The notes under the pieces were generated by a model. The model had not been told where the DNA came from and made no database searches. It saw nothing but the letters and a program-made list of their open reading frames with translations. The translations under genes and the position numbers were made by a program. DNA of 28,029 bases from a virus (Duplodnaviria; Caudoviricetes): the IMG/VR virus record IMGVR_UViG_3300008255_000386, positions 1 through 28,029 of that record. The stretch is one strand, 5' to 3'. Each line of letters opens with the position of its first letter. Position 1 is the first letter of the stretch. Below, piece after piece: positions 1 to 7,086 of the stretch.

Positions 1-1
1 C

Positions 2-589
2 CTCAAACTGCAATACTACGGGTGCCGACACCTCGACAAAAAAGGCGGCTGCGGATCCGCGCGCATGATCCCCCAGAGCGTCATCGACCAGCTCGTGCTC
101 ACCAACGTCGCCAACACCCTCGAGCGCCTCGATCAGATCAAGACCTACTGGATCGATCGCAATACCGGCAGCACCACCGCCCAGCAGATCACTGCCAGCC
201 GCGCCGAGATCGAAACCCTGCAAAAACAAAAACAGCGCCTTATCACCGCCATCACCGAAGGCATCATCAGTTTCGCCGACGCCAAAGAAAAGCGGCAGCA
301 GATAGAAAGCAGCACCAACGCTTGCAAAAAGCGCTTGGCTGAACTCACCAGCCAAACCACCGAACCACCTAACTGGGATGACATTACACTCACCCGGGCA
401 GAGATCGGCCAACTCACCAAATCCGAACAACGCGAACTGCTGATAGCCATTTTAAAAACCATCACCATCGGCACCACAACCATGGTGATGGTTTACAAAT
501 TCCCCCGGTACCCGGACGGCCGAACCACCGCCGAGGTAAAACTCCCGGCGCCCGGGAAAACCAACCCAAAAGGCCACTGGAAACCATAA
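2..589 (+). CDS. Large serine recombinase/integrase, C-terminal part (5'-truncated by window)
   Basis: Frame is open from position 2: LKLQYYGCRHLDKKGGCGSARMIPQSVIDQLV. This YYxC...C zinc ribbon is followed by a coiled coil and a 'EQRELLIAILKTITI' tail, the usual C-terminal layout of large serine recombinases. It sits beside a tRNA half. Confidence 0.8.
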   Translation, partial: LKLQYYGCRHLDKKGGCGSARMIPQSVIDQLVLTNVANTLERLDQIKTYWIDRNTGSTTAQQITASRAEIETLQKQKQRLITAITEGIISFADAKEKRQQIESSTNACKKRLAELTSQTTEPPNWDDITLTRAEIGQLTKSEQRELLIAILKTITIGTTTMVMVYKFPRYPDGRTTAEVKLPAPGKTNPKGHWKP

Positions 590-593
590 AAGA

Positions 594-624
594 AAAGCCG
601 CAAGCCCTTGCGGGCTGCGGCTTT
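594..624. terminator. Hairpin/intrinsic terminator after the recombinase, possibly bidirectional
   Basis: AAAGCCGCA...TGCGGCTTT stem with inner GCCC/GGGC, flanked by A and T runs. Confidence 0.6.
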
Positions 625-643
625 GAAAGTCATTACTATGTAG

Positions 644-676
644 ATCATACGCTCTACCGAACTGAGCTAGGGCGGC
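644..676 (-). tRNA. 5' half of a tRNA (probably Thr), broken in the anticodon loop; putative attachment site
   Basis: Minus strand GCCGCCCTAGCTCAGTTCGGTAGAGCGTATGAT gives the acceptor 5' strand, D-arm and 5' anticodon stem, followed by non-tRNA sequence. There is no anticodon or T-arm. Thr is guessed only from the GCC start. Confidence 0.8.
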
Positions 677-777
677 AATGAGTAGAACTCTAAGTCTTTA
701 ATATTTAAAACAAAAAAGACATTTTCCTGATCTTGGCGGGTTTTACGGACCGCATAAACAGGGGGTTGAGTGCCGGG

Positions 778-806
778 ATTATGCTGGCATCGTCCTTATT
801 TGTCAA
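778..806 (-). promoter_or_regulatory. Sigma70-type promoter aimed at the tRNA half
   Basis: TTGACA-17 bp-CATAAT followed by a GC-rich discriminator (CCCGGCAC), as in stable-RNA promoters. Confidence 0.7.
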
Positions 807-867
807 CGGCCAATTCCCCAACCCTCTCCGGTATCGCGCGGATACATAGGGGTTGGCAAGGCAATAG

Positions 868-1116
868 TTAACCCCCTGGCCAACACAATATTACGGTGAC
901 AAACGTCGCTCCCGCTATCGTTGCCGCAGCGTCGAGAAGCTCGGGAGTTCCCCTGCTTAGCAACTTATCCCAAATAATTTCCTTGCTAATGCCAATCGCA
1001 ACTGCAATGCCGCAGGCGATTAGCGGGGCAAAAATCAGCGATAACAGCAGAGTCAAATACACCCCGAGATTAAAATGCCCTTGTTTGTCTGCTGGGATTC
1101 TGTCCAGCAAGGGCAT
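868..1116 (-). CDS. Small membrane protein, hypothetical
   Basis: 82 aa with hydrophobic segments and DKxxHF...KE...D pattern; starts 3 nt after the upstream stop. Confidence 0.65.
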   Translation of the reverse strand: MPLLDRIPADKQGHFNLGVYLTLLLSLIFAPLIACGIAVAIGISKEIIWDKLLSRGTPELLDAAATIAGATFVTVILCWPGG

Positions 1117-1118
1117 AC

Positions 1119-1541
1119 TCACAAACCCAACCCCGCACGTTGATCCCGCCCCCATTGCCGCACCTCTTCGACAAACGCGCCGAACGCCAGCAACTCCTCC
1201 TGTTCGCCGGGTTGAAAAACATAAACTCCCAGCGCCGCGCCGACGCCGATCCGCGCAAAATACTGTTCCTCCGACAAGCTGTATTTTGCGCGGATGCGCT
1301 CCTCCATCCGCACGCTGATCAATTTAACGTGTGGGCTGGCGGCCTTGATTGCTGTTTTAATCTCGTCGGTTACATCCGCCACAGCAACGCTGATCTGTTC
1401 CGGTTGCGCGGGCAACTCATACGGGCCGCTGATATAGGTGGTGCCATCATCCAGCGTGCAGAGTTCGGTCACCTCGTCGCCCTGCGCGGTGTATGTCGTG
1501 TATGCGTCTGACGTTTTGCGGTAGCTGTAAATTTTGGCCAT
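1119..1541 (-). CDS. Hypothetical phage protein downstream of the DGR RT fragment
   Basis: ATG at 1541 with AAGGAGA RBS; 140 aa. Confidence 0.75.
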   Translation of the reverse strand: MAKIYSYRKTSDAYTTYTAQGDEVTELCTLDDGTTYISGPYELPAQPEQISVAVADVTDEIKTAIKAASPHVKLISVRMEERIRAKYSLSEEQYFARIGVGAALGVYVFQPGEQEELLAFGAFVEEVRQWGRDQRAGLGL

Positions 1542-1552
1542 GGTCGATCTCC

Positions 1553-1840
1553 TTAATAATACGCACAAGGTGCGGTAGTGAGGCGGTTTTTTTTTGCATG
1601 TCCGAGAATCGATATTACGGCGAGATGATCGCCTTTTTTGACGGCGCTGCGGAATTTATACAAACTGTGCTTGCGGATCAGGCGACGGTTGCGCCAGGTG
1701 CGATAACCGACGAAATTGACGCCGCGTTTCACCCGCTGGATGGTGGTGTGCGAATATTCCAGATGCAGATTGTCGGCGATAAACTCACCGATGCGGGTGC
1801 GCAGCTGCAGCGCGTCATCGCGACTGACTCCCATAACGTC
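1553..1840 (-). pseudogene. DGR-type reverse transcriptase, C-terminal remnant
   Basis: VMGVSRDDALQLRTRIGEFIADNLHLEYS...RGVNFVGYRTW..RRLIRKHSLYKF...SILGHAKK matches the post-YxDD helix, domain 7 (GxxFxGY) and thumb. Domains 1-5 are absent. There is a probable +1 frameshift in an A9 run. Confidence 0.8.
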
Positions 1841-1856
1841 AAGTCCTCGCTATCGC

Positions 1857-3509
1857 TCAGACCGCAGGGTAACAGGCGGCACGGAACCCGGTGCTGGCGC
1901 TCGAGGACGACCGGTGGCTGGACAAATAGAGCGCCCAGACCCCCGCGCGCGTCGTGAAGCCCCAATGGAACGACGAAAGCAGGGACAGCTCGTGGAGGAT
2001 ATATTGATAATAATAGTCGGTGCCGAATAGGTTAGTGCCAGCCACTGATACCCCGGTGTCATCCGCTGGTAGTCCCAAGCCAGCCAGCTCCCAGGGGGCG
2101 CCGTTGATTCCGTTTGCCACGACCTGCGCTGCGGCGTTGCCGAAAAACTGAGCAAATCCATTATTGGGATAAACTGTAGCGAACTCTGGCGTGATCGGCG
2201 TCATCATCGCCGCAACACCGGCGGCACCCCAATGATCAGTTGCCAGAGTATTGCCGGCAGTAAACTGCCGCATCTCGGTGTTGTCGGCAGCGCGGTAAAA
2301 GGTGCCGACGGTGGCCGTGCCTCCCGAAATATAGGCGGCGAATGCGTTGGAGTCGACGCCATCCAAAGTGAAATTGTCTGCGTCCAGTACCGTAATCGTA
2401 AATATTTTATAGTTGATCTCTGTCATGCCGACAACGGCGGCGAGTTGCGCGTAGTCTCCCGTCGTCAGGCCATGGCCCACGGCGGTAATCTGGCAGGGGT
2501 TAGCATTGGATGCTGCTGTGATCGCTTTGGTAGTGGCGATGCAGGTCATGCCGATATTGATTTCGTACATCAGGCCGTTTAAATCCGCGACGCCGCAGGC
2601 CTGACCGTTATGAGTGGTTTTGGCAAAGGGTGTGCCGCTGCCGGTTTTTCCGCAGTTAATGTAGCCGTCGCTGGTGTAGGCGATGGTGGCATCGTTTGAG
2701 TCCCCCAGTGCGTTATTGTTGCACCCTTTCGGGAAATTATAGGTGGCATCAAACCACGCACAGTTGGTGGCATTGATCGCGGCCTGGCCATGGGCGAGAG
2801 ATAACAGCGCCAACGCGCCGTGGATCTGACGGGAGTTGCAGAAAAAAATCGAGTCGGGATTAACCGCACCATCCACCCCGTCGCGGCCATGGGCGGCGTT
2901 GAGCGCCTCGTAGTAATAGTTAGTCGTGCAGGCGGTCAGGTCGCTAAACGGATTGTGGTCAGCGGCGGCGGAAAGTGGCAGGCCATTTTGGATTGAGCTG
3001 GCAACAAAGCCGCTGCCAAGGGGGGTTTTACTGGCCTGGTATTTATCAACAAAAAAACCATCCTTTTCCACTCCGCCATCGATAAAGGCGCGGTGCAGGG
3101 CGTAGCCTGCGGCGTTGGCATCCGCGGTTGTATCAAAATCTGTCGCGGATTTTACATCGACGGAGTTAAGCAAAAATGGTGCGTAGGTCGGATTATCGAC
3201 ATGCCCGGCCCGATAGTAAAATTTGGGCACCCAGCACATGATCGAACCATCGGTATACTGATAGTTGCCGTAATGGTCATGGGTCGGGTCAACATACCCG
3301 TAGAGCGGTTGCATGCCGGGGGGTAGGGCGCTGCCGGGGGCGATGCCGACGCCAAAACCGGCGGCTCCAGGGGTGCCGATTTGGTTGGCCGCGCTGCTGG
3401 TGCCGTTAAGTACCGACTCAAGGCCGTCATTGAGATTAGTCAGATTAAGATCCATCTCGGCATGGGTCAGGGCGGCGCCTTTAGTGGCGCGGGTAATAAT
3501 CGTGGGCAT
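1857..3509 (-). CDS. Receptor-binding tail protein with FGE-sulfatase/C-type-lectin fold; DGR target
   Basis: ATG 3509 with AAGGAG RBS. N-terminal RxxKGxxLTxxEMDxNL tail-attachment motif; GFFVDKY and GVADLNGLMYE CLec motifs; C-terminus ...AGVWALYLSSHRSSSSASTGFRAA, typical of DGR variable regions. Confidence 0.85.
   Translation of the reverse strand: MPTIITRATKGAALTHAEMDLNLTNLNDGLESVLNGTSSAANQIGTPGAAGFGVGIAPGSALPPGMQPLYGYVDPTHDHYGNYQYTDGSIMCWVPKFYYRAGHVDNPTYAPFLLNSVDVKSATDFDTTADANAAGYALHRAFIDGGVEKDGFFVDKYQASKTPLGSGFVASSIQNGLPLSAAADHNPFSDLTACTTNYYYEALNAAHGRDGVDGAVNPDSIFFCNSRQIHGALALLSLAHGQAAINATNCAWFDATYNFPKGCNNNALGDSNDATIAYTSDGYINCGKTGSGTPFAKTTHNGQACGVADLNGLMYEINIGMTCIATTKAITAASNANPCQITAVGHGLTTGDYAQLAAVVGMTEINYKIFTITVLDADNFTLDGVDSNAFAAYISGGTATVGTFYRAADNTEMRQFTAGNTLATDHWGAAGVAAMMTPITPEFATVYPNNGFAQFFGNAAAQVVANGINGAPWELAGLGLPADDTGVSVAGTNLFGTDYYYQYILHELSLLSSFHWGFTTRAGVWALYLSSHRSSSSASTGFRAACYPAV
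1860..2000 (-). other. DGR variable region (VR) and IMH
   Basis: Variable positions are NNC/NNT codons between fixed scaffold codons; ends GGGTTCCGTGCCGCC. Confidence 0.7.
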
Positions 3510-3531
3510 GGATGATCTCCTTTTTTTACTG

Positions 3532-6117
3532 TTAAACCACGACCACCAGGCCGATGGTGTCAATTTTATTGATATCGCCGGGGCTGTGGCGCGCCTCGCT
3601 GATTTGCCCGATTTTATCGCCATCCCAGGCGAGGGTGACCGCGTCGCCAAATTCAAGGGCAGAATGATCTAAAAAAACCTCGAACTCGTGGATCCAGCGG
3701 CGGGTGGCGTAGTGCGCGAGATAAAAATCCCGCAGGCTATCCGCCAGGGCTGGATCGGTGACAAAATCGAACAGGAACAGCTCGGGTTGTTCGCGCTCAC
3801 CATATTTGCTGATGCTGTCCAGGTCGCTGGCCTTACTGATCCCCTGATAGGCGCTGTCGCTGCGGGCCTGCCGCCAATCGCGATTAAACAACAAGTGGAT
3901 TTTGTTAAGGATCTCGCTCCGCTCGACCTTGCGGCGACTCCAGATCTTTTTGCCGGCGGCGGCTTTAGGCATGGTGATGGTCTGACTGCTGGTCAGGCTG
4001 TCAGGCCGCAGGATCAGGCGCGGCTGGCCATTCGTGATTTTAAACCAGCAGCGCAACTGAAATGCCCAGGCATCGAGCCAGTTAAGCGCGGTCTGATATT
4101 CGGTGATGGCACCGTTTAGGGCGTAGCCGACAGGCAGACTACCGGTGATCTGCAGTGGCGGGAAGCCGAGGGGGGAAAGCAGATCATCAAAGGCTTGATG
4201 TATAGATACGGTGCGGGTCAGATTAACCAGGACGCTGTCGCCGACCAGGGTGTTTGCGGTGCTGTTGCCAGAGAGGGTAACAGCACCGGTCTTGGTGACG
4301 CTGCCGCTGAGTGTTACCGTGCCGGTTTTATCGACGGTGCCGGTGCTGGTGATAGTGCCGCTGCGGTCGACGGTGCCGGTCTGGGTGACGTCGCCGGTGC
4401 TGGTGATAGTGCCGCTGCGGTCGACGGTGCCGGTCTGGGTGACGTCGCCGGTGCTGGTGATAGTGCCGCTGCGGTCGACGGTGCCGGTACTATACGCCGC
4501 GCCTGCCTTGGTAACATTGGTCGCAGAGATCGAGCCTGAAACCGACACTGTACGTCGGGCAGCAGCCACGGTAATAATTAAACTGCCCGTTCCGCTGACC
4601 GTGCCTGTAATCGCTGGGGTTGTTGACCCCGACACGCTCCCAATCCATGAGCTTCCCGACTGAACCGCACCGTTAACCCGGATAGTTACCGTTCCGGAAC
4701 CCCCGGACAGCTTCCAGGACCAACTATACTCATAAGTGCCATCAATGACAGTTCCTCCTGGATAAGAAAAAGTCGGGGTGACAGATACGTTTGAACCTGA
4801 ATTGCTTGTCTGGGGGATGGCGCTGCCGTATTGTTCCTTTGTGTTATACAGGGTGGTGGTGTGTGAGTGGTTGCCATTGGCTAAACTGATGTTATCACCA
4901 ACAACAATGCCGTTACTGATGGCGATGGTGTCGTAAACGCTGATGGTGTCGCTGATGCCGAGCGTGTTCAGAATCGTCATTAGGTCGCTCACCCCGATGG
5001 TGTCGCTAATTTCGAGCGTGTTCAGAATCGTCATTAGGTCGCTCACCCCGATGGTGTCGCTAACCCCGATACTGTCAGCCAGCGACAGGGTGTCGAGAAT
5101 GCTGAGGCCGTCAGACAGCAGGAGATCAACAGCTTGGCCAATTGTGATATATCCAGGCAACACCACCACAGCATAACCCGCATAGCCTGGTAGCTCGTCG
5201 CCGGGTTGACCCGTGTAGCAAGTGGCAATGGCAGTGATATCAACCTCAGCGTCGCCAACCCGACCATAGATTTTATTCAGCGAGTCGACCGGCAGCGCAC
5301 TGGCGATATAAACAAACTGATTTTTAATTTGCCAGGCGATGGCACCGCGCTGGTGAACCACCGCGACCGTCAAATCATGCCCACGGCTACAGGTGAGCTG
5401 ATCGCCGACAATAGCCCCGATCAATAGCCTTTCCTCATCGACCTGCAAAATATCCCCAACCGTTAGACCCGCCGCATCCGATACTGCAAAGTCGGTCATT
5501 ATTGCATTAATGCTGTTGGGGAGGTTGGTCATGACCCCGGCATCAACCGCCAACGCGGGGAGTTTGTTGACCGTGCCGAAAGGGATGGGGATAACCTTTC
5601 CGACATCATCCGGGTCGGCTTCAGGGTAAAGCTCAAGGTCGACTTTACTGCCAACGTAACCATCCAATTTAATGGTTTCGTCCTGCAACACCAGCCGCAC
5701 TTCGGTTTCGTCGGGCAGTTCCACCGCGTCGACGTAAAAGCGGCGCATCTCCTGCGGCGGATCAGTGGCGGGGTTCAGGCCGCGAAACCATAGATATAAA
5801 CTGACCGGCGACGTTTCGAGCGCGGTATCGGTCGCCAAATCTGCCATACTGGGGCTGGCATCCGGATCAACCAGCAGCGTCAAATCCAGATCGGTAACGC
5901 GGATCTCATTCAGGGCTCCGCTGAGCGCTTCGCGCACCTCACCCCAGGTGGAGATCCAGGGCAGGGTAGTGATGCCGCCGTTCCAGACCGGGATGCTAAA
6001 GGCATCATCGCTGATATAGTAATCGCTGCCGGAGGCCGTCAACTTGATCAGCCAAACCGGGGCGATGCCGGTCTGTTTGGCGAGCTCCGCCGCAAAGGCT
6101 GAGGGGAAAGTTTTCAT
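3532..6117 (-). CDS. Tail tip/baseplate hub protein with internal repeat stalk
   Basis: 861 aa, after the distal-tail genes. GKVIPIPFG and SISKYGERE motifs, C-terminal LEFGDAVTL OB-like end, and internal hexad repeats. Confidence 0.75.
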   Translation of the reverse strand: MKTFPSAFAAELAKQTGIAPVWLIKLTASGSDYYISDDAFSIPVWNGGITTLPWISTWGEVREALSGALNEIRVTDLDLTLLVDPDASPSMADLATDTALETSPVSLYLWFRGLNPATDPPQEMRRFYVDAVELPDETEVRLVLQDETIKLDGYVGSKVDLELYPEADPDDVGKVIPIPFGTVNKLPALAVDAGVMTNLPNSINAIMTDFAVSDAAGLTVGDILQVDEERLLIGAIVGDQLTCSRGHDLTVAVVHQRGAIAWQIKNQFVYIASALPVDSLNKIYGRVGDAEVDITAIATCYTGQPGDELPGYAGYAVVVLPGYITIGQAVDLLLSDGLSILDTLSLADSIGVSDTIGVSDLMTILNTLEISDTIGVSDLMTILNTLGISDTISVYDTIAISNGIVVGDNISLANGNHSHTTTLYNTKEQYGSAIPQTSNSGSNVSVTPTFSYPGGTVIDGTYEYSWSWKLSGGSGTVTIRVNGAVQSGSSWIGSVSGSTTPAITGTVSGTGSLIITVAAARRTVSVSGSISATNVTKAGAAYSTGTVDRSGTITSTGDVTQTGTVDRSGTITSTGDVTQTGTVDRSGTITSTGTVDKTGTVTLSGSVTKTGAVTLSGNSTANTLVGDSVLVNLTRTVSIHQAFDDLLSPLGFPPLQITGSLPVGYALNGAITEYQTALNWLDAWAFQLRCWFKITNGQPRLILRPDSLTSSQTITMPKAAAGKKIWSRRKVERSEILNKIHLLFNRDWRQARSDSAYQGISKASDLDSISKYGEREQPELFLFDFVTDPALADSLRDFYLAHYATRRWIHEFEVFLDHSALEFGDAVTLAWDGDKIGQISEARHSPGDINKIDTIGLVVVV
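4339..4488. repeat. 54-bp exact tandem repeat, about 2.8 copies (TGTVDRSGTITSTGDVTQ)
   Basis: Units start at 4339, 4393 and 4447. Confidence 0.95.
4942..5063. repeat. 54-bp tandem repeat, about 2.3 copies (ISDTIGVSDLMTILNTLx)
   Basis: 4959-5009 is identical to 5013-5063; GATGGTGTCGCT occurs at 4942, 4996 and 5050. Confidence 0.95.
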
Positions 6118-6482
6118 GCGCTGTCCTCAGTTAAGGAGATATCAACGGCATAATGCTCAGCACCGACCGCGACGATTTTAAGGCGCGGGTCGGAAAATCT
6201 GACCTGGCGGGCAATATCCTGATGGTCGAACCAATAAAAGGTATTTTTCGTGCCCTGGGCCTGATCTTTAAAAAAAACCAGCAGCGCCGCGCGGGTTTCG
6301 GTGTTGATCCGCGGCAGGTGTAAACGGTGCGTGGTGCGCTGCAGGCTGCTCTTGCTGTACACATACAGCGCACCGTCTCCGGCGCGACCGCTGGCCTGGA
6401 ATAGTTTCGGGCTCTCGCCGCCGGCGCGGGTCGGATCACAATTAAAAATGAGGCTGCTGGTGCCCAGGACAAAGCGGGTCAT
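6114..6482 (-). CDS. Minor/distal tail protein
   Basis: LLVFFKDQAQGTKNTFYWFD...VRF motif; ATGA-coupled on both sides. Confidence 0.7.
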   Translation of the reverse strand: MTRFVLGTSSLIFNCDPTRAGGESPKLFQASGRAGDGALYVYSKSSLQRTTHRLHLPRINTETRAALLVFFKDQAQGTKNTFYWFDHQDIARQVRFSDPRLKIVAVGAEHYAVDISLTEDSA

Positions 6483-6898
6483 GAGATCACCAACAGCGCG
6501 ATCTCGACCTGATAACGCTGGTCAGCCACCTCGCGGATTTCGGGGAGTTGCGAGGTGGCCAGGCGCACGGTGTAGAGCTGATCATCCGCCGCGCGGTAGC
6601 TGAAGCTGTGCATCTGCCCCTGGGCGACATTAAAAAACCAGTCGAGCAGTTGGGCGCGATAGTAGGCATAGAGGCGCGGCCAGCGGAGCAGCAATATCTG
6701 CTCCTCGCCGATCTGGGGCAGGGCAAAACTGCGCCCGCCTGAACTGGTAAATTCGGCCTGCAGCAAGGTTAAATCCAGCGGCGGACGCAACGGGGCCTGC
6801 TCAAAGTTGAGGATTTTATCCCCCAACTGGAACATCGCCCGCGAACCGGGCGGGCCGAAATATCCCGCCTCTACATAACCCGCTGCGACGTAGCTCAT
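6479..6898 (-). CDS. Minor/distal tail protein, paralog of the neighbouring gene
   Basis: LLDWFFNVAQGQMHSFSY...VRL aligns with the 6114-6482 product. Confidence 0.7.
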   Translation of the reverse strand: MSYVAAGYVEAGYFGPPGSRAMFQLGDKILNFEQAPLRPPLDLTLLQAEFTSSGGRSFALPQIGEEQILLLRWPRLYAYYRAQLLDWFFNVAQGQMHSFSYRAADDQLYTVRLATSQLPEIREVADQRYQVEIALLVIS

Positions 6899-7074
6899 GC
6901 GATACTAAAATCCTTGCAGGCGATCACCAGAATGCCATCACCGGGGCCATCAACAAACTCTGGCTCAGTATTAAGGCGGGTGGCTAAGGGCGACAGGGTC
7001 GAGATCAGCTCTTTACGATCGGCGCAGCTCGCTTTTTTGCTGCAGCTGGGGCAGCGGGTGTCAATGGTCCACAT
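6895..7074 (-). CDS. 59-aa Cys-rich hypothetical protein (not in ORF track)
   Basis: MWTIDTRCPSCSKKASCADRK...IACKDFSIA*; AAGGAG RBS; ATGA overlap with next gene. Confidence 0.7.
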   Translation of the reverse strand: MWTIDTRCPSCSKKASCADRKELISTLSPLATRLNTEPEFVDGPGDGILVIACKDFSIA

Positions 7075-7086
7075 GGTTTAAGCTCC

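Noticed and set aside
644-676. Functional phage-encoded tRNA
   Set aside because: Only the 5' 33 nt are present, with no anticodon, T-arm or 3' acceptor strand.
4339-5063. Repeats as a CRISPR array
   Set aside because: They are contiguous in-frame 54-bp coding repeats with no unique spacers and no cas genes.
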